This document shows, one piece after another, positions 1-15,600 of a stretch of 64,000 bases of DNA. The position numbers were made by a program, and so were the translations under genes. The notes under the pieces were generated by a model, which did not search any database, was not told where the DNA came from, and saw nothing but the letters and a program-made list of their open reading frames with translations. Positions within the stretch are counted from its first letter, which is position 1. Every line of letters begins with the position of its first letter. This DNA is from Tubulanus polymorphus. Lineage: Eukaryota; Animalia; Nemertea. Where the stretch lies: NCBI RefSeq assembly GCF_964204645.1, contig NC_134029.1, positions 19,214,950-19,278,949 on the forward strand. Direction: 5' to 3'.

Positions 1-2018
1 AGTCTTGGGTAGAAAATTCCAAGGTCAACCTGCCGAAAATAGGGGTGCATACGCCCCCTGCGCATCCCCTGGATCGACCACTGACAATTCCAAGTAGCAC
101 ACAACATCCTTCGTAAAGAATCAAGAAAAATCCACTACCGCTATTCAATTTTCTCTTGCATTTTATTTTATCATAATTTCATCTCTATACACAATGTTTT
201 GGCATCGATGTCTCGGGGGTCTTTAAACATATCGAAAGACAATTTACAACATCTCATTTACTATTTACATTCATCATAAAATATAAAAGTTTAAATATAT
301 CGATATATATATATATATATAATAATAAAACAATATACTATGTACATACACATGTATTTATTTCGGTAAACAACAGTATTAGGCAAAATACTAGCAGTAA
401 GTAGATTGATTTTCACCTTAAAAACTTAAGAATTAACATCGTCACGATCGACAGTAATACAGCAGCACCTATCAATTAACATGTACAATAGAACCCGCTT
501 ATTCGGATCATTTGGGACGAAAAAAATTCCAGATTAAAAATTTTCTTGTATATTCATGAACAAATGGACTGAAAATAATCTGGATCACACCGAAATCCAG
601 ATTAAGCCGATCCGGATTCAGCGGTTTGACTGTCACTGTACAATGTATAAACAAATTGTATATCAACATTATACAATGAAACTGATTGCAATTTTACACA
701 CAATATTATACTGTAAATATATATACTAAATTATCAGAGCTATTGATTGTTTGTGGAGTACTGATATCTCGGATCACACCTCATACACTATTTTAGAGCT
801 CGTGAAGAAAAAATTGCTTATTTCTCGCGTCATTTGTCAATTACTGGATGAATTGGAAAGGAATTATCATAGTCGGATAGAAACTACGGAAATACAACTG
901 ACTCGGCTTCTGTAAGCACAAGCGGTACAAATTTGATTCCAGTTTGAAGTTTAACTGTGATTCAAAAAGAACAAATTTAAACTCGGAACTTATTCTAACT
1001 AATAATTTCGAAAATTTTTCGAAGGTCATTCAATAAGGTAACTGTTACCATGGTATTTCAACACTGGTTGATATGCGATGACATTCAAAAGCGACGCGCC
1101 GATCGAAAATTGGAATTTCAATAAATCGAGCTTCAGATTTTCGTAACCGATGAGCATTGAATTGCTATTGAGTAATATTGCATTAATAAATACATTCTAT
1201 TACACATTAATCACGATTGCCTATTTCATCAGGTTTATTCATCATAATAAACGATATAAATAACATACTATTATCATATAAGTATCTTGTGCAAGTACTG
1301 AGCGAGATATGTAAAAAGATACACGGTATCATAAGCCCTGGGGTCGTTCATCGAGTATGTACATGCATGCTTGCTGTACGCATGTTGGTAATGTTAATAT
1401 TGGCAAAAATTGTTCGTAAGTTGTGCATACGTGTGTACCTTATGATCGACCCCTTATGTATTACGTAAGGCTAAAAAAATTGATACCTCATTTCTCATTT
1501 TTGCTGAGCTTAAAAGCCTATCTACCCTGTACGTTTTAAAATTATGATCAGGCTAACGACAACAGACCCGGCCGTTATAGAAATGAACTGATTACAAATT
1601 TCAATACGGTTTACAAAATGATGCCGCCGATTAGGAGAAACAAGGTATCATTTCATTTTTGCGTAATTACCTGATTTATTCATCAAAACTGAGATTGCTT
1701 ACCCTCGCATTAACAAACCCTCAAATATCGATGCGCAAATATGGAAGTAAGTAAAAATTACATTTCAGAGGCCCGTCTGCATATGCCCAACATTTAGAAA
1801 AATATAACATACCGGTACACGGTATATCAAATGTTTTGATTTAAAGTTACTGCTGCATTCTGGCCGGTATTCGTGGCAAGTTTTGATTTAGATACTTTTC
1901 AGTTCCTTTCATATTGGCGAGATCTTTGATATTTCATAATTGCCGACATAAATTTCACTGATGTTAACTTTGCTGAATAAGACTGAATATACTGTAGGTT
2001 CGTTTTTTTTAACCATCA

Positions 2019-2139
2019 GGATCCAGTTCTGCAGTTGTGAGTGGGAGTTAACTCTGAGTTAAATAAGTTCATTTTCAATGCGTAACACTATGAGAGAGTG
2101 AAGATTTGATCTTAACTCTCAAACTGCGTAACTGGGTCC
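2019..2139. mobile_element. Short palindromic MITE (family also near 7929-8020 and 32801-32905)
   Basis: GGATCCAGTTCTGCAGTT ... AACTGCGTAACTGGGTCC inverted ends with GAGTTAACTC core. Confidence 0.55.
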
Positions 2140-2460
2140 AGTGAGTTAAACGAACATCGCGCCTCCAGATCGGATTATGCATTTTCTCATACCCTGTATA
2201 ATTTCCTGAATGATTCGACAGATCTATTACTCTGGATGGATTGGACTTGTATTGGCGTAAAAATTGAGCTCATACAAAATATATCTACATTCGGTAGGCG
2301 AAACGACTTTTCAAAATGACAAAAAAAAACAGTTAGTTCATTTCGTGTTTAGTAGCAAAAGGATGATAAAACCGCATACATGTAAAAATATGTTGACGTA
2401 CAAATCACAAAAAACACCGCATTTCCGGTTTTCGTTTCTAGACTGATAGTATAATAGGCC

Positions 2461-2854
2461 TACAACAGAACCCGTTCAATTCGGATCGTCTTGGAAAAAC
2501 AAAATTCAACCAGTTTCTGAGAGATCTAGATTAAACGTAATATTTTACATACATTTCCAACTTTCGCCAAGGTGCTGGGCCGGCTGGTTGCACCAGGTAA
2601 AGGGCTTATTGCATGTGCTATGCTATTGCATTCTGATGGTGGTCGGAATTTAGAAATAATGTATTTCTAGATATTTTCATCGACGAACATCACGAATGAG
2701 GCCCAATAAAAAGTAAATGGTTTTGCTTCATTCAAATCGCCTAAATTTTTTGACATGGACAATTCAACCATGAACGCAGCGAAAGGGTTAAATAATATCC
2801 AGATTTGATCAAAATCTGGATTAAACTGATCCGAATTAGGCGGGTTAGATTGTA
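2461..2854. mobile_element. Tc1/mariner/pogo-type MITE remnant
   Basis: TACAACAGAACCCGTTCAATTCGGATC ... GATCCGAATTAGGCGGGTTAGATTGTA imperfect TIRs with TA ends; related ends near 484-635, 22018-22190 and 27422. Confidence 0.55.
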
Positions 2855-3690
2855 GTAGATTTTTGATGATATTGTTCTAGTAACATCGATAACACTTATG
2901 TATAACGTTCATTCAAAAAAAAAAGATATGGGCGCCAAGTCTACATTGTCAACTTGAAAATTTCACTGCTACAGCAGTAAACTTTCATTTCTCGATACAA
3001 AAATGAAGCACCATCAAATTTATTCACGTTTTAAAAATCAAAGAATAGCAGAATCCAAATTTTTGCTCAAAAACATATTCGAATATCCCAATGTTGTAAC
3101 ACAGTAGAATCAAGCGTAAACATTCAACTTTTTTAAAACGGGATATTCTACACAAAAGGCTGCATAGTCTTTCGATATGTAAATGAGATGAATTCTATGG
3201 TATCAGGACGATTGTCACCCCCCGGACAATTGAAATTAGGACCGCTTACTACTCTAGGACTGATTTGAAGTATGATTTTAAGACATTTGCATTACTCTGA
3301 ACTGTTTAACTAATTGCAATAAATTCGTAAAAATTAACTAGGATTTTTTATAATTTCCGGTATACTATATGTTTCATGTATCTATAAAAAAATACAAACA
3401 AATTTCTAAGTAAAGTTGTCATTGGAGAAAATTTAGAAAATGAAGCTGACTTTCTTGAAAAGTTGTTGCCTGGGGGGGAAATTGTCATAGAATCGTATTG
3501 TAGAGAATTAAAAGGATATCAAAAAGCGATAACCATTTGCATGATGTTTGTTAAAACATTGAGCGTGATTCAGTTGAATGAATGAATGAAATTATCATCT
3601 GCTATTCGAAAATTAAGACATAACTAGAAAACCATTAACGATAAACCTGTCCATAATAAAAAAATGTATGAGAAATCGTCCGATTAAAAT

Positions 3691-6600
3691 CTAGATGTGG
3701 AGTTCTTGTTCGGAGCCCGAAGTGGACATCCTTGGCGCTGGATACGCGTTGATGACCCGCCGTCCGCGAGGCGTCGTCTGTCCCGATCCTCCTAAACTGC
3801 TAGCGTGCGATATACTTCCCTGCGAGCCATTCAACGGCGACACCAACGGACTGCCGGTTGCCAGGGGTGACAACGAAGGAGTGAACGACGGCGTGTAAGC
3901 CGACGATTGGTAAACGTCGTTCGTGATCGGCGATCGCGGAAGCACATGGGATGGGTTTATGACTACCGTTCGCGGCGGAGCCGCGCTGCCGCTCTGCACG
4001 GAACTTGGGCTGTAACTGGGACTGTTTTGTTGACTAGATGAGGACGACAGCTTCGCCAGGGGAGGAGCGTTTGTTATGATCGGTGGCGGCAAGTTCTTCA
4101 TTTTCGCCGGATTGAAACTTGTCGGATACGGCCGTTGCGGCACGATTTGCGTCGGCAGTTTTTTCGGCTGGATGCTCTCGTCTTTGAGCCGCGCGATCTC
4201 GGTGAACACGTGCGCCAACGGTTGATACTGCGGACCCCAGTCGAGTAGATAATCCCAATTGTACGAACCGCTGAATTCCTCTTCGCTATTGATCACGCTC
4301 GACAATGAACCGGCGTTCGACGGCTCGACCTCGTCGAAACCGAGCTCCTGCGAACTGCTGATATTCGAGAGATCCTCGTCCGGCTCGCATTCGGCCAGTT
4401 TACCGTAGATGATATTACCGAGGTCTAGTCCGTCGCCTTCGCCGCCGCCTTCTTCTGAAAACTGATGAATGCTCTCGACCGACGTTGTCGCCGGTTTAGT
4501 CGTCGGTTCGGCGCCGATCTTCGAAACGTCGATGCCTAAACGCGCGAGGTATTCCTGATGATTTTGGACGGAGTGTTCGGACACGTTGTCCTCGTCTTGT
4601 TGAATGCCCGAATCGGGCATCGACTTGCGCGCGAGGCTGTTCGTCTGATTCAACGGCGACGAATTTATGTGGCAAATTTCTTCGTCGTCGTCATTCTCTT
4701 CCGCCGAGCCGCGGCCGCTCGACGCCGAATGCGACTGATCGGACAGCTCCGACGTCGTCATGTTCGGCGTGCTGCTGTATCCGTGCAGTTCGTTGTACGA
4801 CGGCGGTACTAGTTCCGAGCGTTCGGCGCGCGCTTTTATCACCGGCGTCATGTGGCGCACGCCCTGAATCGGCATCGGATCAAACGCGCCGTTGTGATTG
4901 CCGTACTGGATGCTCGCTGTGTCCGACGGCTCATTGCGTTTGGTCGCGCGTTGCCGACACAAGCACAACAAGACGACGACGACGATGACGATGATCGTCA
5001 ATATCGGAAAAACGATTACGAGAACGAACGCCGTTCCCGACAGCATACCGGTCTGCTCGCGCGGGCCCGAGATACCGCAACCTTGACACGTTCGATTTAT
5101 GTCGACCTTCACCATGACGACGTCGTTCAGGGAACCGTCTTTACCGGAGCTGGCTTCGATCAGCAACGACACCGTATCTTGGGGAATCGCGCGACGATGC
5201 CTGTGCTGCGCGTTCGCTCGCTCGTATCGCGGCGCCATCCGCTTTTTGCGCTTGGATTTCGCGTTTTCGCTGAGCGGCTTCGCGACGTACACCGATCCGG
5301 TCGTGCCGTTGATCGCGAAATATTCCTGCGGATCGCGGAACGAGTAGACAATGCGACCGTCTTCGCCACCGTCGGCGTCGGTCGCGCGGACCGTTCCGAC
5401 GACGTCGCCGACCTTCGAGTCGCCGCGTACCGAAAACTGATAACCCTGTTTAAGGAAACTCGGCTTGTACTCGTCGACGCTCCCGATGTTCACCTCGACG
5501 TTAATCGGAACGGTATTTCCTCCGTTGTCGACGGCTTTGACCTTGAAATAGAACTGATTACCGGACGGATCTTCGTAGTCGAACACCTTCTTCGTCGCGA
5601 CGGCGCCGGTCGACGGGTTAATATCGAATAAACCGGGCTGCGCGCTTTCGAGTTCGTACGTCAATTGGCCGTACACGCCGGCGTCCTGATCATTGGCGTG
5701 CGCAGTGAACACGTGTGTGCCGGCCGGTTTATTCTCGTCGACTTTCTCGATGTACATCAACACCGGGAAGAATGGCTTGTGATCGTTGACATCAGCAACG
5801 TCAATCACGACCGTGCAGTACGATGACAACCTCCGCTCGATCGGACACGTTACGCAATCGGTCGCCTGCACGACCAGGCGATGTTGCTTATTGATTTCGT
5901 GGTCGACACTCTTCGCCAGCGTCACGCGCCCGGTTTGCGTGTCGATCGCAAAATTGCCCGCCACGTCGCCGGAAAGTATTGCGTACGCGATTTCGGAATT
6001 CTCGCCGACGTCGTAGTCGTGAGCCGATACTTTCACGATCGCCGTGCCTACCGTGACGCTTTCGTTTATTTTCGCCTTGTATTCCGTTTTGTTAAATTTT
6101 GGCGCCCAATCGTTGACGTCGTCGATGATTATTTTCACCGTGCTCGTGCCGGTTTGACTCGGAGTGCCGCGATCTTTCCCTTGTACCTCCATCACGTACA
6201 AGTTGACGCGCTCGCGATCTAATGATCCGACGATGACTATTTCACCCGTGTTGCTCACCATTTGAAACATTTCGTCTTGATTACCGCTGGTTATTGCGTA
6301 ATCCACTTTACTATTCACTCGCGATTTGTCGGCGTCGACTGCCGTTACTTGAATTACGTTCGTTCCCTTTTTTGCATTTTCTTTGACGTGAATCCTAAAA
6401 ATGGGATAATTCAATTTGATTATTAGTAATCATAATGCGATTATAGCTTCTTTCATGGAAAAAAATAGAAATGAAATTATAGAAATGCAAGAGACCCAAG
6501 GTGGCCGCAAGCTCTTCTTAGAGTCAGAAATTCGAATACTTACTCATATGTTGTTTTCGTGAAAATAGGTTTCTCATCGTTGCGATCAAATATTTTGATA

Positions 6601-9600
6601 TTGACGGCCGCAACTGCTGTCAGCGACGGAGCACCCCGATCCTTAACTATCACTACAAACTGATAGTTTGGTTGCTGCGGGTTGTAAACGACTGTTTTAT
6701 TCGTATATATTGTTCCTGAAAAAAAAAAAATATTTCAAATGTATCGGCTAGGTCCGAGCCACGAGACTGCTCACGTTCGTTAAACAGTGAAGTTTCAGTA
6801 GACATCGCGAAACTTATCAGGGTGGGGAGCTTCATTACCTGTATTCTTATCGATAGAAAACCCGTCGACCGGTATAACGCCCATGCTGTACGTCAGTTTC
6901 GAGTTCAACCCGGAATCGGCATCGCTAGCGTTCATATTCAACACGGCTACTCCGCTCGGAGTGTTCTCCGGCAAAGAAATCTGATAACGAATAATATTCA
7001 AGACACGTTTAGTATACATTGCATCAAAAAATATTCCGAAAGCGATTTCATATTCGGTAACCGCAAAGGAATAACGATACACATCGTTTCCACAGTAACA
7101 TGAAATGCAAATTCCAAGATCTTTCATTCGAGTGTTTTCAATTAGAGCCAAGTCCCAGACCCATCTGTTGTTTGTAAAGGACCCGCCTGTTTTTTCAAAC
7201 CAGCTTTTGTTTCAGGGACTGTGACATATTATGGGACCCTCCTGTTTTTCAAAGGGACCTGGCTCGTTAATTTCTTATTGAAAACACTGCATTCCAATAG
7301 AAAATGGGACCTTCATTAAAGTAAAAACACCATCACATTACAAGGATCTCAACATTTTAATGGTGACTGGTTGATAAAGGTAAATTTCAAGAAAAACTGC
7401 ATTAGAAAGTTACCCTCAGTCGAACTATCGACATCACGGAACTACACCACGTGATTCGTTAAATGAATTTCCCAAATATATTCTGGGGATGCAACAAAAA
7501 TCGATCAAATTCCGATTATTCCCAAAACCGCGAAAAATCATTTTAGAATTACCAAGTTTTCTCGAATTGCTCACAAAACCTACCGTGTACGAATTCCTCG
7601 CGAACGTCGGCGCGTTGTCGTTTTCGTCGATGACATTGACGACCAGGTCGGTCGTAACCGGATGCACCGTGTCGGTTGCTTGAATACGCAGCGTGTACTG
7701 GTGTCGTTTTTCGTAGTCGAGCGGTTTCGCTAGCGTCACTTTTCCGCTCAGTTTGTCGATGGTGAACGTGTTATCCGGATTTCCGCCGCTCGTGAAGTCG
7801 TAAGCCAACGGCGGGCTGAGATCGACGTCGTTCGCGGTCACGGTAGTAATCACCGTTCCTACCGGCGTACCTAGAAATCGAAACGTATCACCTGATTTGA
7901 AATATGTCATTACGCGATGAAAATAACAGGGTCCAGTTCCACAGTTCCGAATTAAGATTTAACTCTCAGTTAACTTGTCAAAATGAACAAACTTAAACTC
8001 AAAGTTAACTCTAACTCACAACTAAGTATTCACTAGTTAGAAACTAAGTATTCACTAGTTAGAAACTAAGTATTCACTAGTTAGAAACTTAGTATTCACT
8101 TGTAAGAATTGGTTAAAAAATATCGAATGCATTGGTATCCTCTTCATAAGTCAAACACGAATTGTGAAGACAATGAGATTCAGAAAAGTAGCCAGGAATC
8201 AGATATTCCCCGACTTCTACCCAATTAGTAAGGAAAGAGCCTAAATTCATTATTTTACCCAGCAGGAAATTCGAAAACCTGGATTCCTTTATTTTCCGTT
8301 AACCGGACGAACATATAGATACATCTTCCCTATGATATCACAGGTGTAATATTGAACATTGCGCAGAAGTCACAATTGAACGCCATCTAATGGCATGAGA
8401 TAAGTGCATGTGACATTGACAACTACTTCTATATGGTGAAGTAATAATTTAACCCTTGACTAATCAATACCCTATAGTGCTGGAGATAGTTTGAAAATTT
8501 CAAAAAGTTCCACCCTAGTGTGTTGAATAACGGGAATACCACTATAGTGCGTCTACACCGCGGCGCAGTGTATTGTTAGTGACTACTATTTCACTATGTT
8601 TGACAGGTGCTGCCATCTTTCAATAGAGATAACAATTAATTACTAATTACATCAATACAGTGCGGTGCGGTGCGGTGTACTGGCAAAATACATCACCAAT
8701 TCATACACCGCACTGCGGTGTAGATGCACTGAAAGGGTTAAAGATGAAACTTACGTTCGGATATATCGACCGGAGGAGGTCGCGGAAAGAACGGCCGATT
8801 ATCATTCGTGTCGATGACCATTATTCGTAGCGTACACGTCGACGTTCGCGGCGGATATCCCTGATCGACGGCTTCGATCAGCAAACGATACGAGTTGCGA
8901 ATTTCGCGGTCGAGAATCAAGTTCGTCGTGACGATTCCGCTGTATGGCGGATCGATGCGGAACGCTCGGTCTTCGTCGCCTTCGATGATCGTGTAGACGA
9001 TTTCGCCGTTCGAGCCTTTATCCGGATCCATCGCCGTCACCTGCGTGACGAACGTATTTCGCGTGGCGCCTTCCCACACCGACGATACGTAGTTGTCCTG
9101 CGTGAACTTCGGCGGATTGTCGTTCTTGTCGACGAGATTCACGGTCAACATCGCGTACGCGGAAACGCCGCTGCCTTCGGCCATGACGGTCAATTTGATC
9201 TGACTGTGGGCCTCGTAATCGAGCTGGGCAGCATTCGACACCGTTATCATACCTGTAAACAGTGAATTTGCAAAAATTAATTATCACAATAAGCATACAT
9301 GTTGGATTTCAGAAACATTGTTTCCGAAACCATGTTTCTTGTAAGCGCACACAACACAAGGAATGCTCAGAAGCATATTTTCCTGTTTCCTGTTTCTGTG
9401 TGCATTTGTACTTTGAAGACATAATCAATACCATGTGTAAGCTGATCATCTATCGACACTATTTCATTGTGAACGTAATAGGTTTCTATGGCCTTCTATC
9501 TCTCATACTGAGAAGATAATATAGCTAGGCTAAATGCAGTTATCAAAGTCTAGCAAGAATAAGGGATATGGATTAAATCATTTTTCATCAACCAAACTAA

Positions 9601-12600
9601 CCAAGAAATAATAAGGTACTGACCATTAGTTAAAGGTATGAATATAGACACTACGCTATGAATATAAATACATATTTTCTAAAGAAATCTTTATTCACCT
9701 TGAGTTGAATCGATAGCGAAAGTATTCGCTTCATTTCCGCTGGCTAGCGAGTAGGTAATAGGGTTTGCGGTATTGCCACCGACGTACGACGCTTGCACCA
9801 TTTTCACGAGCGACCCGACCCGCGAATTCTCTTTTATCTGCGCCGTGTACGACGGACTGTCAAACTGCACGGACGGTCCAACGTTTTGATTACCGACCTG
9901 AATCTCGACAACTCCTGCAAAAAGATACATACGAATTCAAGCAAATGTCGCCTATAATTTCTAACTGTTACGCTGTAAATGCAAATCGACACCAATCCAT
10001 ACCTTTCGAGCTCAACTGAGGTGATCCCAAATCTTTAGCGATTACGATCATTTGGTGGACTTTGAGCGCGGCGTTGTCGAGTAAACGCTTTGTCTTAATT
10101 TCGCCCGTCGTCGAGTCGACTTTGAAATATGGGTTTTCTGCTTCCAGACTGTAGACGACGTTGCCATTGTTGCCCGTGTCTAAATCATCTGCTTCCACCT
10201 ATTGCAAAATCATAAATAGTACAGATTGAAGAAATCTACCAGTCATTTCTGTTAGGGAGTAGTTTTCAACACAAGTTGAAATCTAATATGAAAATATGAG
10301 TTTAATCGAGAATGAACTAGAAATGCATCTGATTTTGAGAATATTCAAGAAATATCTCGAGTAATTAGCCGTGAAGATAGTTGTAACTTGGTTAAAAGTT
10401 TGGTAAAAAGGTCTGTAACAAATCATTGATGCAAACTAATCAAAACCAATCCTAAGATTGAAAATTCATCTATCAAGCCGTGTGCTATGTATACGTAGCT
10501 CGACTTACCCGCAAGACTAAACCGCCGGCCGGCGTGCTTTGAGGGATCGTTTTCTTGTACGGTATCGTTTTGAAAATCGGCACGTTGTCGTTAACGTCAA
10601 GGATGGTAACTTCGACGGATGCGGTTTTCTTACGGGATTTATACTGACCGCCGTCCATCGCGGTAACGTCAAACGAATAGAACGACTTCTTCTCCCGATC
10701 GAACGCACTGAAATACGAATTACAAAATGGAAATTTTAAATGTGATTTTGTGAGAATTTATTTCTATGTACGACATGGTATCATTAATTGATTTGAAAAA
10801 TGTTTCCAACGATACACAAGCGCATAGTGGCAAGAAATATTAGACCCTCCCAAACGATCGTGCCACCCCATAAAACCCCTATCAGGATGGCCAATTTCTG
10901 CCCATTCACAAATCTCCTTGACAATTTTCCCTGACATGTATGTTGTTTTCTGTGACTTGATCTGCTAATAATTCAATCAATAAACACAGTCAAATAGGTA
11001 AGACATAGATGGAAAATATTTGATCCTACGCGTGATTTAACAATCTCAACATACATGTATTTCCCTGACTTTTAGGTTATTTATAGCACTTCCCTTTACA
11101 ATTCCCTGACTTTAGTAAAGAAAAGAAAATTCCCTGACTTTTTCCCGATTCCCAGGCGAGTGGCCTACTTTATAGACCCTTCCAGAAGAGTCTTCCGCAA
11201 AATTCCCTTTTTCGGTTCTAATTCTAGCTTAGCATCTACGATAGGGTCATGTATTTTTCCATTCGAGGTATATACACACCTGACAGTGGTGACAACTCCC
11301 GTTTGACTATCAATCGTGAACATTCCGTTTGTATTATTGCCTAGCGTATACGAGATAGCTCCGTTGATGCCGATATCGTTATCGGAAGTCGTGATGGTTG
11401 TCACCGACGTTCCAATCGGCGCGTCTTCCATCAGTACCTTCGTATATTTCAGACGGCTGAACGTCGGGTCGTTGTCGTTCTTATCGAGCACGGTGACGTT
11501 TATACGACACGTGCTCTCGCGCGACGGCTGACCGCGATCCTTCGCGTGTATCGTCAGACTGTAACTCGGCGTGACCTCGCGATCCAAGGCTGAACACGAC
11601 AACCGGCCAGTGGTCGAATCGAGCGAGAACTTTCCTTCACTGTTACCGGCTGAAAGAGTGAATGATTCATTTTAGTGTCTTCACAGTGATAATAAATGAA
11701 ATGTTCAGAGGCCAATTGCTCAGACGTTGGTTAGAGGTAACCAGTGGATTGCTGACAGTGACTATTAAAAGTTCATTGTTACTATGGTATTTATCCGCCG
11801 GTTACCTTTAATCAACTTTTGAGCAACCGTAGCCCCAGTTTGACTCGAAGGTAACACCATCAGAAATCTAATCTCGTGAGTTAACCTTAACTAATTAAAT
11901 GTGAAACAGACTCCATAGGCAAACCCAGGGGCACATAGAAAAGGCAAGTGCTGAAAAAAAAGGGGATCGGGGTCCCCTCGCAGAGAGACAGACTCCATTT
12001 ACAGATAGTGAACTTAATGCAACCCTCTAGATCTAAACATAAGGCTAAGTTTAAAATCAGTTATCTGTCTGTGGATTAGTTTCACGATTGGATATTTTGG
12101 CAAAACACAAAAGTTGGGATAAGCCCATCCGATGTCGTTAGCTACATACCGATGATTAGATACGTGATATCTGCATTGGCTCCGAGATCTTTATCCATCG
12201 CGCCGACCGTATGTATATCGGTGAACGCGCTGTTCTCCGGGATGCTGATATAATACGTCTGCTTCTCGAATATCGGCGTGTTATCGTTAACGTCAGTCAC
12301 TCGTACGAGCACGGTCGTCGTGTCGTAGCGAGCCGGATACGCGCCGTCCTTCACGTACGCTGAAACATTACAATCAAACGCTTGATTCAGTAATTTGTAG
12401 TGGTGCTATACTTGTAACGCTAGTCGTAACGACAAATCATGATTGAAAACATTCATATTGTAAGCCATTATCAAACTGAACACAAGGGCGGATCTAGGAT
12501 TCCTTGAAGGTGGTGGACATGAAATTTGGAATGGGAACTTAATTTGAAAAGGGCAAATTTGGCAATGTACGCAAGCAATGTTTATAAGAGATGCAAGCGC

Positions 12601-15600
12601 GAACATTCGTTTGGGTTCTGGTGGCCCTCTCAAAGAAAATTGAGGACAAAAGGGACTTTTCTGGCCCTTATCAGAGCCCATTTAGATTTCTTTTTCGCAA
12701 AAAAAAGTTGCCAGATTTTTTGGGAGGCACGCTCGAATTTCGACGATAACTTACGTATATTCAAATGCAAGTAGAAATAGGTGGACAAGGTAAGCATCGA
12801 AATGAATTAAATCTATCGTGTATGTACCTGTGATTATGTAAGAATCTTTCGTCTCGCGGTCGATGTTCCCGGCTGTCGTGACGATGCCCGTACTTTTACC
12901 GACTACGAACTTATTATCGGCGATTCCGTTCGGAATGAAATAGAAAAGCTCGGCGTTGCTGCCCGTGTCTCGGTCGACGGCCTCGATTTTCGCGACGTAG
13001 CTGCCTTCGATGACGTTTTCGCTGACGTTCGCCGAGTAGAGCGGCTGTTTGAAATGCGGCGGGTGATCGTTGACGTCGACGACGTGAACTTCGATGAGCT
13101 GTTCGGACGATCGCGCCGGCGATCCGTGATCGGTGGCGCTGATTCTCAATCGGTACAACTGTTTGAACTCGTAATCCAACAACTTGATGATCGATAACAA
13201 ACCTGCAAAAGGAGTTCAAATGCATTCAACTATAAATCTATGCAATTAAAATGAAAATCAACACAACCATTTCTGTCAACCTCAGTATAAGGTTGCGCCA
13301 TAGACTTCAGATGTAACCGCGAAAAAATTCTTAAGATGATTTTTACTATATAAACTATGTTTAGTGTAGATAAACCTTGGTAGCTAGATGGGAGGTGACA
13401 AACATTACAATGGTTACACAGAGCCCGAATAGCTATCCCTTGAGATGGCATGCCTTACAATAACAGTTCTTTTTGAATTAACTTTCATTTAGACTTTTCA
13501 GCCTTCCACATCAAATATCTCTAAATGATATATCAAATGACCTAACAAATATGGTGTGATTTTTATTTTTGGTAGAACCTGCTTAATTCGGATCATCTAG
13601 GACCAATAAAATAAATCCAGTTTATGAATCCAGAATAAAAACATCATACTTCATACACATTAATGCATGAATAGATAGACTGTAGATATCATCACGATTA
13701 GACCATAATCTGATGGACTGATCTGAATAAACCCTTTCAGTGCTGGCTAATTAATACCCTATAGTGCTGAAGATAATTTGAAAATTCTGAAAAATTCCAC
13801 CCTAGTGTGTTGAATAACGGGAATAGCACTATAGTGCGTCAACACCCTGGCGCGGTATATCGTTAGTTACTAATATTTCACTATTTTTGACAGGTGCTGC
13901 CATCTTTCAAAAGAGATAATTAGTAATTACTAATTAAATCAATACAGCAAAATCCATCACTGATTCATACACCGCACTGATTCATACACCGCACGGTGTA
14001 GACGCATGAAAGGGTTAAGCAGGTTTGATTACACGATGAAATCATTATTCACTAACTTACCGGTTTCATAATCTAACTTGAAATGACTGTCTTCATTCCC
14101 GCTTTCGATACGGTATGTAACTTTGCCGTTGTTGCCCGAATCTGCGTCATCGGCTAGCACGTGCACGACCGGGAAGTCGACCGGTTCGTCTTCCATGACG
14201 TCGACTCGCGGATGTGGAACGAAAATCGGCGCGTTGTCGTTTTTGTCGTCGACCAAAACGCGAACGGTCGTACGCGTTTTACGCCGCACGGCGACCGGGC
14301 CGTTGTCTGATGCGGCGATCACGAGGACGACCTCTTTCAGATTTTCGTAATCGATCGCGCGCGCCGTCGACAACACGCCGGTGATCGCGTCAATCTTGAA
14401 ATAGCCGCCGCTCGGCGTTTCGCTCTCGATCGAGTATCGCACCGTGCCGTTAACGCTCTTATCCTTATCCGACGCCTGGTACCGATTAACCGAATACCCG
14501 ACGCCGACGTTCTCGGGAACGGTGAGTACGATCTTCTCGGCTTCGAATTTCGGCGCGTTGTCGTTCAAATCGAGAATCGTGATGTTCACCGTGAGGAAAC
14601 TGCTTCGCCGGTTCAGCACGTTGCTGTCGACGGCCTGCACGCGCAGCGAGTACGACGACGACGTCTCATAGTCGACTTCGCGGATCGTGTAGATATCGCC
14701 GGTGAGCGAATTTATCCCGAACGAACCGAGCAGGTTACCGCCGACGATGTAGTACTTCACCTGCGCGGCCGAGCCGTGGATTCGCACCGAGCCGATCACC
14801 GTCCCAGCCGGTATTCCCTCGACGACGTTCAGATTGACGACCGTGCTTGGGAATAGCGGTCCGTTTTCGTTGATGTCGAGGACGGATATTTCGACGGGAA
14901 TGGTGGCGACGCGTGACGGTGTTCCGCCGTCGCGAGCCGACACGATCAGCTGGTACGATCCTCCCGTTTCGAAATCAAGAACTTCTTTAGTCGTTATTTG
15001 GCCGGTTATCGAATGAATGGCGAACAAATTACTCGGACCTGAAAAGGGGTTAAAATGGAAACATATTATTTTGAATTTCCTCTTCACAAATTACATAGTG
15101 TCATAAAACACATAGGGCAGTCTGGCCCCCTGGAGTTTTCCATTTTCTAACATGATAATTTCAGAAATTGAGTGAATCTGCAGTTCAATGGAGAAATGCC
15201 TTTGTTTTTAATGTTAGAATTTAATCATTTTCATGAATCATGCATTGATTATGAAACTTGTGGTCAACAGAACATATATAAGAGTTTTCCAGGTCTTTGC
15301 CAAAATTTGTACAATTCTCAAAGTTCTTCTAGACTTTTCTGATTCCCTGAGTGAAATTTCTAGTTTTAAAATGTAACAATTCATTCATTTTTCATTGAAC
15401 ATGCACTGATAAGAAACACGTATTCCCTGATTTCTCTTAGATTTTTCTGATTCTCTGAGTTTTTCAGGTTTTCCAGGTCAGTGGCCACCTAGTAAGATAT
15501 CACAAATTAACACAAACTCACCTGAACTAATAGCATACGACACTTCACCATTGACGCCTAAATCCACATCATTCGCTTTCACCTGCGCGACCAATGTGCC

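Noticed and set aside
3695-6222. Plus-strand ORFs up to 259 aa (likewise 15616-16230 and 38705-39547)
   Set aside because: Antisense shadows of GC-rich dachsous exons; no recognisable domains.
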